A DNA stretch of 64,000 nt from Eledone cirrhosa. Taxonomy: Eukaryota. Under the pieces are notes generated by a model, which searched no databases, was not told the origin of the DNA, and saw nothing but the letters and a program-made list of their open reading frames with translations. The translations under genes were made by a program, and so were the position numbers. The first letter of the stretch is position 1; every line of letters begins with the position of its first letter. The DNA lies in contig OZ024740.1 of the NCBI GenBank assembly GCA_964016885.1, forward strand, positions 381,052,001 to 381,116,000, in the 5' to 3' direction. Below are positions 41,585 through 56,427 of this stretch, piece by piece.

Positions 41585-43289
41585 TGTGTGTGTGTATGTG
41601 AAGGAGCCTGATGTGTTGTCGTGAGCAGTTGAAGATATTAAGATATTGCTCTTTGGTGATTACAGATAATTTAACTGGATAGATTGGAATGTCGGATGTA
41701 TATTATGTGTGTTTTTATGTGTATAATATATACAGAGAGAGAGAGAGAAAGAGAGAGAGAGGGGGGAGAGAGAGAGCTGGGGAGCAGTGTTAAGCAAACG
41801 GGAATTTATTATTTTTATGCAGTACGCTACATATTTTCTTTATTATCAACTAGATATTCCATTTCATAGTCCTGTTTATAGTCTCACGATATTATGGTGT
41901 TTCAAACAATATATATATATATAAATATGTGTGTGTAGTGTGTGTGTGTGTGTGTGTGTGCGCGTGCGTGTGGGTATACATATATATATGTGTGTGTGTG
42001 TGTATGTGTGTGGGTATAAATAGAGAGGGGTTGCATGTGTATAAATGAAGCGAAAATATCTGAGAGGTATACATTCAAATAAAGTGACGTAAGTATATAA
42101 ACTGAGAAACGAACTTCTGCACAATTATTTACCCCAATTGTTATTACCAACATAAAAAAAAAATGTTTGGAGGAAGGCTTACATCTAATGATTACATCTA
42201 ATCCAATACTCTACCAATACGTATTTGATCGACCGCGGAAGGTTAAAATGTAACATTGACGTCGGTGGGATTTGAGTTCAGAATGTAAAAGTACCAAATT
42301 AAATTGCACATGGTATTTTGTCTGTTGATCTGCCGATTCTACAATCTTCACTAAGTTGATATTATTCTTTTTTTTAGGCAAAAATGTTTTAAAGTTTCGT
42401 ATATTTTCGTGTATAAAATAAAACAATTTGAATTAAAATTACTGAGTAGACGATCGTAGATATATTTACTGATCTTAAAAACACTCATTTCAAAGATTGC
42501 AAATAGAATAGAAATTAGATACTTAAATAACACTGATATAATTATATCGTTATATGTATTGTTTTCATTGGTACTGCTAAATTTAAACCGCAAAATACTA
42601 GGGTAGATTTTGTAGAGTTAAACATAATTGCACGAACCTTAGTAATAAAAAAAAGGCCAAGTGGATGCAAAATATAAAAACCAAATGAGCTGTCTATGAT
42701 GCGTTTTTTAAAACTGAAAGTAATAAGATCTTCCGAAAAAAAGATTAACAAAGAGAATTGACTTCAAATGCGAATCGAAACCATTCAATCCTTTTCTAGC
42801 AGAACTATCATCAAAGGCATTTCAACCACTGCAATCACGTCTTGCTACCATGTCAAATGTGTCTTTGACTTGAGACAGGGGGTTGTTGAAGGAGAATCGA
42901 CTGCTGTGTTTAGCAGATTCACCGGCCACTTGAAGCCTCCACTAATCACGGTGTACAAGATCTATGAAATTGCACCAAATCGACAAACGCATGCATACAT
43001 ATTCTCTCTCACACCCATTCTCTCTCTCTAACACTCACACACGCTAACTCCCTCTCTCTCTCTCTCATGTTACTGTAGAAGTTATTTGTACACTTGAGCA
43101 TTCACCTTCACCTGTAAGCGTATAAGTGGGCCAGTACCTTCTGCTGAAAGTATGTCCCACATCATAACACTCCCTCAAACAAACTTGACGCTGCTCTTCC
43201 CGCAATTAGCCTCTCTCTCTCTATATATATATATAATCAAGGTTTAGCAAATAAGAAAAAGTTTCAAGATATATTTGAAAAAATTCATT

Positions 43290-43941
<652 letters not shown>

Positions 43942-44008
43942 CAAGGTTTAGCAAATAAGAAAAAGTTTCAAAATAAATTTCAAAAAATTCACTCTACTTA
44001 CTATGGTT

Positions 44009-44095
44009 ACCTTTACCGAATCGGTTTCGAATCTCAAAAATAAATGGATAGTCCTTACGGGCTTCCATTAAAATGATAAACTCTCGTCAGAAGGT
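44009..44095 (-). ncRNA. Type I hammerhead ribozyme, intact core
   Basis: ACCTT-CTGACGA-gagttt...aatggaagccc gtaa ggactatccatt...gagattc-GAAA-CCGATTCGG-TA-AAGGT. Confidence 0.8.
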
Positions 44096-44249
44096 TCTTT
44101 TCACTGGGAGAATATAAAATTCCCGAGTTCAAATTACGAACTGGCGCTATTCAAAATGAGATGAGAATGAATGATGTGGAAGCAATTCTGTCCAGTGCCG
44201 AGTGCAAAGATAGAAGGCAGAGGCAGGGAGGTCAAATATATATATATAT

Positions 44250-44338
<89 letters not shown>

Positions 44339-44597
44339 AAATACATATATATATACATATAGAAATTACATGAATCAAAGTTCAGTTTAAATCATTATTC
44401 ACTATTTAGAGTTTAAATATATATAACCATGAAAAGTTACAAGTGAGGCGGAGGGAGAAATTAACACGGGATACACCGGTCATAGAAGGCGGGGGTGGAC
44501 ATTAAGCGAGTACCATAGTAAAACCAGTTAGCACCCGCCTGGTTAACTCGACCATATGGGAGTTCGAGACACTATAGTAATGAGACACACACATACG

Positions 44598-44630
<33 letters not shown>

Positions 44631-45064
44631 GTGTGTGCAAATATATCTGTATATATATGTATATATTTGCGAATCTCATTGAAAAAGCGTCCCAATTTAA
44701 GAATGTAGAACATTTCAACCCACACATTCCAAACATAGCTACGGAAACTTAAATCTTGCTCTCTATTTTATTTGTTCATTTATTGTTTTGCTTCATGAAC
44801 CGAAATTCCTTATAACATGCCTAGTGAAAGGTCGGACAAATCTGAATTTCTCTTCACATACACATGGTCACTGTATATATACATTACATATATTACTTTT
44901 ATATACATTTACTCTCTCTCTCTATATATATATGCATGTACAGGTTCATGTGAAGCTTCGTCATATTATTTGTAATATGCGAGTATATATATATATACAC
45001 TCTACTTTAGTGCTAATATAGGTACATGTGTTATAATTACATATATTCATATATATATACATAC

Positions 45065-45115
<51 letters not shown>

Positions 45116-45118
<3 letters not shown>

Positions 45119-45507
45119 GTGTATAATGGTAGCTATGATGCTTCCATAGGCGGTATGCCAAAATTAGCACTCGATATTCAGCAGAGTAGAGTGTAGATAG
45201 TATAAAGAAAACGAAAAATCAGTGATGCATCTAGACTTAATTTATTGCGTGTTCCAATTGTTTCGCCGGCAGGTAGCTCGAGACATGGTCCCTGTATGGA
45301 TCTGGCTGATTCTACGGCTGCAGGTTCTTTTAGACACGGGTATTTCGTTCGGAGAAAATTTTATCACTGTGATAATACCCGTGTCTGAAAGAACCTGCAG
45401 CCGTAGAATCAGCCAGATCCATACAGGGACCATGTCTCGAGGTACCTGCCGGCGAAACAATTGGAACACGCAATAAATTAAGTCCAGATGCATCACTGAT
45501 TTTTCGA
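45116..45507. mobile_element. Foldback element (~133-bp inverted arms) next to (TA)n, with a hammerhead-like motif in each arm
   Basis: Arms 45212-45344 and 45374-45507 are near-perfect reverse complements. Confidence 0.75.
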
Positions 45508-45524
45508 TACATAAATATAATACA

Positions 45525-45634
45525 TAATTGTTTTTACTTTAGGCACAAGGCCAGTAATTAACCAGTGCATTACTGGTACTTTATTTTATCGACCTCGTAA
45601 GGATGAAAGGCAAAGTCAACCTCGGCGGGATTTG
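45525..45634 (-). mobile_element. 5'-truncated SINE family A
   Basis: Reverse complement of the family A 3' half. Confidence 0.75.
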
Positions 45635-45708
45635 AAAATACATAATACTTATGTTTATATATATACTCACACTAACAGACAGACACACACACACAAACAT
45701 ATAGATAA

Positions 45709-45811
<103 letters not shown>

Positions 45812-45812
45812 G

Positions 45813-45871
<59 letters not shown>

Positions 45872-46199
45872 AAGTAGGTGGGGGCGGTCATGTAAGTTAA
45901 ATCTAATCTTGACACAACTGCACTTTATAAGCTTCGTTAAGGAAATTTAAACAAATGTGAAAAATATTGTAATTTCGTTGTACCCGAATAAAACAAAAGA
46001 TTGCCAGTACATGTTTTTTTGTTGTGCCTAAAGTGATTAACAATAGTTTTTCAGTTGTTACTTATAGTGACTGTTTACGTTATTGGCTCATCAAAACTCT
46101 TCAATGGATAACATAACTTGATAGAACTGTACTTTTCAGTGAGTAATTCTCAATGTAGTTTGGTCCAATACCCTTAACAAACGAAATTTTGGCACAGTG

Positions 46200-47100
46200 A
46201 TCTCAAACGAGTTGTTACTTTTTTCCCTGGTAGTGTGTTTTAGATATATTTGACCAACATAGTGTCAGCCACGCTTAAAACATGGACACATTATCGATTA
46301 TGTTATAGTTTGTTAGCTTGGGGGAAATATGTTCAACACCTCAAGGTTATATAAAAATATGGAATGTTGGACCTGTTCATAGCTTTCCTGACACCCGAAA
46401 AGACCAAATTAAAGACAACTATTCCAAGAAAACTGAACACATAGGTGAATCTTTGGCAACGTGTTAACACGTTCTCTGATACTAACAAAAATAATATAAA
46501 ATGTTTTAGGATCATGAGGATGGCAATTCTCCTGGAAAAATTTACGGGACACTGTCTACGAGTCATCTGCCGAGATTCTGGGTTTTTGTAAGAGGAACTA
46601 TCAGGACTAGTTTGACAAAAAATTGTTCTGATATTATCAGTGTACTGGAGATCATGCATAGATATCACATATAGAGTATTGCTGACAAGTGGTCTTCGTC
46701 TTTAAAAAAAATGCCTTTGCATGATGAGTTGAGTTTAAAGGGGGTTTATTGCACACTACACATTACAATCTCACCCCATCCTGCAAATAGAAATCAACCT
46801 AAATTCATATTAACTAACCTACATAACTGAAAAACCTGGAGTGACAATGAATCTTAGGGTAACACCATATTGCATATTCTACACATGTTGAACAACTTGC
46901 TCTCAGAATTACAGGAAAGGGAAACAACAAAATAGAGATATGAACTTCAGATTACATCTATATATGATGTAGAACGGTGGGGAACCACATTATCCATAGA
47001 TTCAGCTAAGGAATTGCCATGAAAAAATGGTTTTCTATTTATTGATAGTCTATCTGCTTCAGTCAAGTAAAAGGGTTCGAAAATCCAAGGAATACAAACG
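46200..47100 (+). pseudogene. Highly decayed RTE LINE (endonuclease end and linker)
   Basis: PRLK.W..IIDYVIV, ECWT, KNLRDTVYESSAEILGFCKRNYQD*FD (compare RKHQDWFDEN). Confidence 0.6.
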
Positions 47101-47899
47101 TAATGAACGAATTTCGAGAACTGCCTTTATATCTTATATAGACTCTGAGAGAGAGAAACAGCAAACAGATTCCCGACCGTGATCGAAGTAAATACAGACA
47201 CACACACATTATGTATTTATATATATATATATATGTGTGTGGGTGTGTGTCTGTGTGTGTGTGTGTGCGTGTGCGTGCGTGTGTGTATATGTGTCTGTGT
47301 GTTTGTGTGTGAGTGTGTGAGTGTGTATGTGTGTATGTGTGTGGTTATATTAATCATTAGATGTAAAAGTTTTTTAAAGAGTAACTAGGGTCACTGAACA
47401 TTTAAATCATTAACAAGATTACCAATTGAAGTAGTTACTTTTAATATCTATGCTATAAGTGTCTTTTTTTTTAGTAGCTACGAAACTAAGGACCTCAACT
47501 CATTGAAAAGGTGGACTCGATTGGTTGTATGTAGTGGCAATCAAGAAGGTTTTATATAAGTGTCATTAGCAAGTTTAGTAACAGCTGTGGAAGTAGGGAA
47601 ACATGCTGATATAATTTCCTTTTCCTAAAGATTAAAGATAAATCATACAAGATTATAGATAAGTCTTAATCATTTACAATTAGCATTTCCAATTTCTATT
47701 TTATTTTAAATTAAATTTGAAATTGTTTTATAATTTTAAATGATAATCTAACGTGGAATTGAATTTATATACCATTTAGTGAATAGCACAACACAGAAAC
47801 ACACAGAAAATAGGTTGTTGGTGTTTATCCCCAGATTAACCATGTAGGCCTATCATCAAAAACATTCTGTTCACGACAATTCTTTTCTCTTTCTTTTTC

Positions 47900-49330
47900 T
47901 TATGGATATAACGATGGGGAAATCAAAGAAAACCTATCGATTATACAATATCGATTATGTAAAATAGGCTTTTAATCCGCTACCTAAAGCAAGCTGTTAA
48001 CAATTTGATTTGCCAAAACTTTTTTTTCCACTGGAACTATGAGAAATATTAGAAAATGACCTTAAAGAAATTCGCATTGACACGAAAATCTTTTTAAATT
48101 GTCCTACATTAAAGCACTTCGAAAACCATTTGGAGAACAGCTGACGCTGTCAAACATGTTGTGATCCATATCAATGCAAGAAAATAATGGGTTACGCACC
48201 TGCTACAAAATTCCATTACTGATTACCAAATCCAAAATTCACGTGCTGATGGTGAATAAGTGTTCGTATCAGCTGTAATTGAAGCATTATGACTGTCATA
48301 ATCAATAGAATGCTTTTGAGTAATGTTAAAACGAAGAATTGATGAAACAGACAAAGATGTGGAAGTCACGTTAAGCAATTTTTTGAGGACTGCTTAGTTT
48401 TTCTTATAACTGGATAAATAATCTTTACCGGTGAACGTCTTGTTACACTTAGCCCTCAATCGGTTCATAAAAGAAGAAGAGAAAACTCAGGAATATTATT
48501 TGCAAGACATTTGGTGAGTGTACTAAATGTTGGGAAAGGTTTCTTTTTTTTTAAAAAGATTTTTCTTATAAATATAATTTGATTCAACTGGTGTAGGTCT
48601 GTGGATGATGCCTGGATTCCTTGCATACTTTAAAAATATAAGTGCTGAATGTGTTGGCGGTGCATTTGAGGACTTTTAACAATATTTAGTATATAAAAAA
48701 AATCTTAAGCTCGCTTGCATCACTTTTTGTCATTACAACATTTAACGAAATCAGAACCCATTATCACAATGAAAGTTTATTTAGACAGCTGTAAGGACAA
48801 ATCAATGTCGAAGTTAATCACTTACTATTCAATACCGAAGTTTGCTGGTTGTGGTATGGCGCATGTTTAATCCCTTTTATTGTCTTGAAATATTTTCATG
48901 CGACAACATGAAGAAATTTAAAAGCGGCATAGCCTATGTTAGATTTATATTTAAAGTATACTAAAATTTTCTACATCTAGAAGAAATGGACTAAATTGAA
49001 AATCTTTCTCTTGTATTTGAGGCCATTGAGGAAATGTTCCGTATTGCCTTTCCATCGCTATATTTATTTGAACGTATGTTAAGTAAGTGTACAAAGCATC
49101 TGATAAAAAAAAAAAAACAGACTGTAAATAGACTTAATGTAGTTGCTTATAAATCCGGAATCAAGCGTGCAAAAATTTATCTCATCTTATCATGCCCATA
49201 CATCGCATTAATAAATCAAAATAATTTTAGATACATTTGTACATTCATAATTCTGATTACACAATAGATAGTTGAATAAAAATAGTAAAATCTATTTTCT
49301 GTATATCTATTTTGGCCGGCCTCACAGCGG
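47900..49330 (+). pseudogene. Decayed hAT (Buster/Charlie-like) transposase
   Basis: KRRIDETDKDVEVTL, RFIKEE..Q..LFARHL, LFRQL...LLFNTEVCWL..GACL, IAFPSLYLFERMLS...NRL across frameshifts. Confidence 0.7.
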
Positions 49331-49653
49331 CTGGTGAAATATGTTCAAAAATTCTTTGAGAATTAGTGATATATAGAGGAGATTAAAAAAGAAAAACATT
49401 TACTAAGAAGTAACATCTTTAAGAATCGTTTCATTCGTAGTCTACTGACAGTACATTACAAATTAGACAGGTCATTACAATCAAGTACTACTCATTCACT
49501 TCCGGTGTCAATGTCACTCAGCAAGCCGGAAATATTATAAGCTCTTGAAATCATCTTTGAATGTTCATTCCCTAGAACCTGTTAACAGTGTCTGTTATCT
49601 AAATTGTAGTGCAAGGAAACAGACAAATGTACAGGCTTTATATAGTATCATTA

Positions 49654-49996
49654 TTGGCAGTATCGGTAGAGGGTCGGACGCCATGCTTTCCAGCATAGTT
49701 ACGTCCCATTACGATCTGAGTTCAAATCCCGCCGAGGTTGACTTTGCCTTTCATCCTTACGGGGGTCGATAAAATAAAGTACCAGTAATGCACTGGGTAA
49801 TTGCTGGCCTTGTGCCTAAAGTAGAAACAATTATCTATAAAAGGCATAGTTACGTCTCTTTACGATCTGAGTTCAAATCCCGCCGAGGTTGACTTTGCCT
49901 TTCATCCTTACGGGGTCGATAAAATAAAGTACCAGTAATGCACTAGGTAATTGCTGGCCTTGTGCCTAAAATAGAAACAATTATCTATAAAAGGCA
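49654..49996 (+). mobile_element. SINE family A with a ~150-bp tandem duplication that includes the Helitron 5' terminus
   Basis: Units 49696-49846 and 49847-49996, each ending ...gaaacaatta-TCTATAAAAGGCA. Confidence 0.85.
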
Positions 49997-52900
49997 GATT
50001 GTTGTTGTTGTTGTTGTTGTGTGTGTGTGTGCATGTTCCATGTTTATACATTTGCACAATTTCAAACCGATTCGACTCAACGTCTGTAAGAATGTTGTAA
50101 ATGGTCTAACTTAGGTCAACGACTATTTATTTATTTCAACCTCACCCACAATTACGGAAATAATCGATAAAACTAAATACATGACGCTTTACCCCTCTAA
50201 TACAATCTGATTTACTCTTCCTACCTCCCATACATACTGCACCCTTCTCTTATATACGCTTATAAACCCACTCCTTAATAATTTCCTTTAGAGAGAGAGA
50301 AAAAAATAAAGGAGGTAACCAGAGAGACAGAGACAGAGACAAACGTTAAATACATGACGCTTACATCTCTTATATACGCTTATAAACCCACTCCTTAATA
50401 ATTTCACACAATTACATTTTGTGTATAACATATTTACACGTTTATTGAGTGAAAAAAAAACACATAGAGATTTTTGGCCAAACAACTTCACATTGCTGAC
50501 AGAAGCCCGCTTTAAACAAACTGTGAGTTATTTATTTGCCTCTGTAAGAATGTTGTAAATGGTCTAACTTAGGTCAGCGACTATTTATTTATTTCAAAAT
50601 CACCCACAATTACAGAAATAATTTCCTCTCTCTACTCCACATAAAAATCGAAAAAAATAATACATGCTCACACACAATTACATTTTGTGTATAACATATT
50701 TACACGTTTATTGAGTGAAAAAAAAAACCACATAGGGATTTTTGGCCAAACGACTTCAAATTGCTTTCAACAAACTGTGAGTTATTTATTTGCCGTTCGT
50801 TCTCCCATTTTTCCCCCTGCGGAACGCAGACAGTTTTCAGCCTTATACTTTCAAAGGCAATTTTGCTGTAGAAGTAACTTTCACTCCTTATTTTTCACAT
50901 AAAATGCCACCTAAAAAGAGAAGTCGCCTCGGTCGCCATACCGCGTCAGCGGCGGAGCAGAGGGCGATTACAGCAAACGAGTCCCCCGAGGAAACTGCTT
51001 TAAGGCTTTCACAGAGCGCCTTACGTTCAGCGGAATGCAGAGCTGCTGAAAGTTTTCAACAACGCACCGCACGCCTAGCCAAGTTGGCTTCATACGACGC
51101 CTCGAGACGTGCTGCGATGTGCGATTCAGAGCGGGCGATACGTCATTAAAAAAAAACGCTTCTACTGCTACTTCCAGGGCTTCAGAGGGCCCGGAATAAA
51201 GGCCGATTCGCCTGAATAGAAACGCTGCTGCTACTGCTGCTTCTAGGGCTTCAGAGGACCCGGAACAAAGGGCGGCTCGACTGAATAGAAACGCTGCGGC
51301 TACTGCTGCTTCCAAGGCTTTGGAAGGTTTGGAATGGCGGACGAATCGCCTTGCTAGGAACGCTGCGGCTATGACTGCTTCCATGACTTCTGAAGATGCA
51401 GACGGGCGCTCCATTAGGATTGCAAGGGTGGCTTCTGCTACTGCTGCGAGAGCTTCCCACGACCCACAGGGGCAACATTCTACGTTGGAGCGGATCAGTC
51501 GACGACAAGAAGCTGCCCGCGGTGTGACGAGCCCCGACAGCCCATACTGGCACTTGCGGGCTTTCAAGTATGAGCCCAACGTTAACTACTCGATCCGTGC
51601 CGACATAAATATAGGGGAAATGCGCTTCAATTCCAAATTCTGCAATGCTAAAAAGTGGGCTGGGGAGCCACCTGCAATGTGCTGCTTAAACGGTAAGGTC
51701 AGCTTTCCCCCTCTTGGGGAACCACCAGAGCCTTTGAAGGAACTACTTACTGGTTCTACCTCAAGGTCATCCAAATTCCTTCAACTCATCAGGAAGTACA
51801 ATTGTGCGTTTCAAATGACTCCTTTCGGGGCTAACATTGTCAGAGAAAGTGGTTGGATGCCTACTTTCAAGGTCTAGGGGCAGGTGTACTATCTTATTGG
51901 GTCGCTCCAGCCACTACAAAATTGCAAGCCTTCGTTCCTTCAAATTTACTTCATTTCTAACTACAGTAGGCAAGTTGATGCGCGGTTCGGCGTTATTCCA
52001 ACACCTGCAAACACTGACGCTGACACTTTTGAAAGGGACGTGCTGCTCGGTCTTCAAAACATGCTTCATGAGCACAACAGTTATATTCGCAGTTTCAAAT
52101 ACGCATTGGAAACAAATCCTTCACCAAACTTCACCATTGTCATCGATGCTGACAAAAGACCTTCTGGGGAGCACGCACGCCGTTATAACGCTCCTTCGTG
52201 CAATGAAGTGGCCGTAGTTATCCATGGTGAACAGCACAATAAGCGAGACATAGTTCTTCAAAGTCGTGACAGTGGTCTTCGACGTATTAATGAGACGCAT
52301 CGTTCATACGACGCCCTGCAGTATCCCCTTCTTTTTGCATACGGAGAAGACGGGTACCATTTCGGCATTCCTCAGCGCAAACCAAACGAGCCCACTGCTG
52401 CGACATCTAAAACTGTTTCATGCATGGCTTTATACTCATACCGCTTCATGACGAGGCCTAACGATTTTAGCACCCTGCACAGGTCACGGGAACTGTTTCA
52501 CCAGTTTGCAGTTGACATGGTTGCAAAGATGGAGTCGGAGAGACTGTGCTTCATAAAATTGAATCAAAAGCAGCTGCGCTCAGACTCCTACATCCATTTG
52601 CGTGATGGCATCAGGAATGACACTGACCCCCGGAATATCGGCAAAATGTGAATTCTCCCATCAACCTATACGCGGGGGGGGGGGGGAGTACATGCACGAG
52701 CGAACACAGGACGCTATGACGTTCGTTCGGCATTATGGGCGCCCCGATTTATTCATCACGTTTACGTGTAACCCCAAGTGGGTTGAGGTTACGCGGGAGC
52801 TTATCCCAGGGCAGCAGTACTGCCATCGGCATGATATTATTGCCAGGGTTTTCAGGCAGAAGCTGGCTAAGCTAATTGATCTAATAAAAAAAGGGAAGGT

Positions 52901-55900
52901 TTTCGGGCCTGTTAGGTGCCACATGTATACTGTTGAGAGAGGGTTGCCACACGCGCACATTTTGGTTTGGTTGGTCACCAAAATAGACCCTACAGTTATA
53001 GATGACGTCATCGCAGCGGAAATACCGGACCCCGTTGTTGACCGGCAGCTGTACGACATTGTGAAGGCACACATGGTGCACGGTCCGTGCGGTCCCTGTT
53101 TTCAAGAGTTCTCTTCATGCCACAAGTACCATGTGTGCACTAAACGATACCCAAAGAGGTTTGTTGACCGGCGGCGACGGATACCCACTGTACAGACGAA
53201 GGCGGCCTGAGAACGGTGGATTCACTATGACGTTACGGGGTCATCAAGTTGATAATAGGTGGGTGGTCCCGTACTGTCCATTTCTGATGAAAACTTTCAA
53301 CGCTCATATAAATGTGGAATTCTGTCATTCAGTGAAGTCGATAAAGAACATATGTAAATATGTTAACAAGGGTTCCGACGCTGCCATGTTCGGCCTTCAA
53401 AACAATAGCAGGGACGAGGTCTCGGAGTACTTGGCAGGTCGATATATCAGCAGTGGTGAAGCTTTTTGGCGAATATTCGGGTTTCCACTTCACCAAAGGC
53501 ACCCGCCATCATACAACTAGCGGTTCATTTGGAAAACGGCCAGCGGGCTTACTTTACTGAACAGGCTTCTGCTCATTCGGCGGCCAATCCAAAAGAAACA
53601 ACTTTGACTGGTTTTTTTACGCTTTGCCAACTTGACACATTTGCTAAAACACTTTCATATCCTCAGGTCCCGTCCTACGACATGTGGTCAAACAACACTT
53701 GGGTGCGTAGGAAGTCAGCTCAGGATGTTGAAGGACATCCTGGTGTCAAGTTTGACAGTTGTCTAGGAAGAGTGTACACTGTACCTCCCAACCAGCATGA
53801 GTGTTTTCACCTGCGCCTTCTCCTCCATGAGGTTTTTGGCCCACAAAGCTTTCGAGACATAAGAACTGTTGACGGTGAATTATGTGATACTTTCCGGGAA
53901 GCCTGCTTTAAGCGTGGCCTTTTGGAGGATGATTCACAATGGGGCGCCACTATGGCAGAGGGCGTTTTGTTGAAATCTCCTAAAAGACTAAGATCGCTTT
54001 TCGCTATTCTACTCCTATGGTGCGACTTGGGTGATCCGGCCTCTTTATGGCTTAGCTACAAAGATTACAAGTCTGAAAATTTCCTGCGTCACTCTCAGTT
54101 GCTAAACCCATCGATGGAGGTCAGGTACAGTGACCTCATTTACAACAGGGCGCTGCTTGAAATCGAAGATACTATTCTCGATATGGGCGGTAGTGCGTTG
54201 GCGGTGTATGGCCTACCTTCAACAAACCGAGAAGGCGCAAACACTCTGTCTTCGGATTTGCTGCGTCAGACATCTTATAATGTTGACGAGCTTGCCCAGT
54301 ACATAGCGGAGAATGAGCCAAAGCTCCTTCCAGAACAGAAATTCGCTTACAACTCCGTTGTTTATTCTGTCCGGGGAAAAGCTGGAGGGATTTTTTTCCT
54401 GGACGCTCCTGTGGGGACTGGGAAAACTTTTGTCGCTAAATTAATATTAGCTGAGATTAGGCGAACAGAAGGCATTGCCTTAGCTGTGGCATCATCTGGA
54501 ATTGCGGCTACTTTGTTGCCGGGCAGCAGGACAGCTCACTCCTATTTCAAGCTCCTGCTTGACTTAGCGAAGACTGAGACACCCACTTGCAACATCAGTA
54601 AGAGCTCCGATCAGGCAGCAGTGTTCAGATGATGCAAGCTTATCGTTTGGGACGAATGCACGATGGCCCACAGAGGTGCTCTTGAGGCGCTCGATAGAAC
54701 TCTGAGAGACATCAAAGACTCTCCGGCTCCAATGGGAGGAATAACACTTCTTCTTTCAGGGGACTTCAGGCAAACGCTTCCAGTTATTCCCAAGGGGACT
54801 AGAGCTGATGCAGTACGTGCGTGTCTTAAGTCATCCGCATTGTGGCCCCTGGTGAAGACTCTGAAACTTCACACTAACATGTGTGCTGATATGCGAGGTG
54901 ATATCAAGTCAGCAGCATTTTCTCACACCCTCTCTGCACTTGGCGAAGGCCATTCGCCCGGGGATGAAAAGGGTAATATTGCCATCGACTCACTTTGTAC
55001 CGTTGTTAGTACGCCTTCTGATCTCGGGGATGCAGTGTTCCCAGATCTCCAAGCAAATTATTAGAATATGGATTGGCTTGCCCAAAGGGCTATTCTGGCT
55101 AAAACTCATTCCTGGGGATGGCTACGTATATAAGTCTATCGATAGAACTCCTGACCCCGAGGGCGTCATCAACTATCCAATAGAGGTACTAAATTCCTTT
55201 GAGCCCCCTGGATTACCCCTACACATTTTGAAACTTAAAGTTGGTGCCCCTATAATACTCATTCCAAATTTGGTTCTGCCGAAACAATGCAATGGCACAC
55301 GTTTGGTCGTTAAGTCCTTAGCTCCCAATCTGATTGAGGCCACGATAATCACAGGGTGCGGTCGGGGCAAGGTTGTGCTCATACCGAGGATGCATCTTTT
55401 CCCATCAGGAGCAGACCTACCTTTCACATTTCGGAGGTCCCAGTTCCCGGTCAGGCCATGCTTCGCAATGTCAATTAACAAAGCGCAGGGCCAAACACTG
55501 TTTGTCGCGGGAATACATTTGGGGGAGCCGTGTTTCTCTCATGGTCAGCTTTACGTTGGCTGCTCGCGTGTCGGCAGCAAGAATGATGATTTCGCGTTCG
55601 TTCTGCAAGGAAAAACAAAAAAACATTGTGTACAAGGAGGTTTTATAGGATTACCTCGATTCCTAATTTTATAACTTTTTATTTTTTTATTTTTTTGCCT
55701 TTTCGTGAGTACTTTCTAAGTAGGTTAACCTTCACTGCAGTGCACTGGAGACTCCCCACCATCTGCCGTACAAAGGCTGATTCTCGCGGCGTTACAAAGC
55801 TTCATCTCAAATATCAGCTGTTGCTCCTCACCAACCTCCGTTTGGTGGGCCTCGGTGGACCGTGGACAGGTTAGTATTTCACCTCCGTACGACTCTCAAA

Positions 55901-56427
55901 GAGTCAACAATGCTTTAATGACGGGATTTACATTTTTAGGCGATTCCCTGCAATTACTTCACACTTAACCAACACCTGGCCTCCGCTCAGCTCTATTTCC
56001 CTCCCTCCGTCGGCACAACAGCAGGCTCATCTTCTACGTCCGACGTACATGATGCACCAACCATACAATAACCCCACTTCCTCTTTTTTGGTTGTCATAA
56101 TTCGACAATGTTTTCAGGCCCTGTTTGCGCCCCCCCCTCGTTAAAACATGTCATGCAGAACAACTCCATCGCAGCTCTGTTGTTCGGCTGGCATCGTCTA
56201 CGCGCGTGTACTGTGAAACAATAAATTTGAACACTTCTTTGCACAGAGATAATATCAATAGGCGAAACTACAATTGTCACTGCTGGCGCAGCTCCTGCTT
56301 CAGCAGTGCAGGTTTGCAATTCATTCAACCAGTGCCTGGCAGACGAAAAAGTGCTGCCATAAAATGGGTGGTGCAACCTAACTTTGGTAACTTACTGACC
56401 CCGAGCAACGCCGGGCTTTAATGCCAG
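49984..56427 (+). mobile_element. Full-length Helitron (decayed autonomous)
   Basis: A|TC 5' end (TCTATAAAAGGCAG); 3' hairpin CCCGAGCAACGCCGGG followed by ...CCAG|T (CTAG variant); RepHel coding remnants inside. Confidence 0.88.
50903..55648 (+). pseudogene. Helitron Rep/PIF1 helicase (RepHel), with multiple stops and frameshifts
   Basis: MPPKKRS plus N-terminal ~23-aa repeats; Zn motif CNAKKW...CCLNGKV; SYDALQYPLLF; GRPDLFITFTCNPKW; RGLPHAHIL; KYVNKG; DAPVGTGKT; WDEC; GDFRQTLP; MSINKAQGQT; HGQLYVGCSR. Confidence 0.93.

Noticed and set aside
45222-45512. Pair of near-identical 84-aa ORFs on opposite strands
   Set aside because: An artefact of the inverted repeat.
50968-51579. 203-aa antisense ORF in the Helitron
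   Set aside because: Shadow of the repetitive N-terminal RepHel coding sequence.
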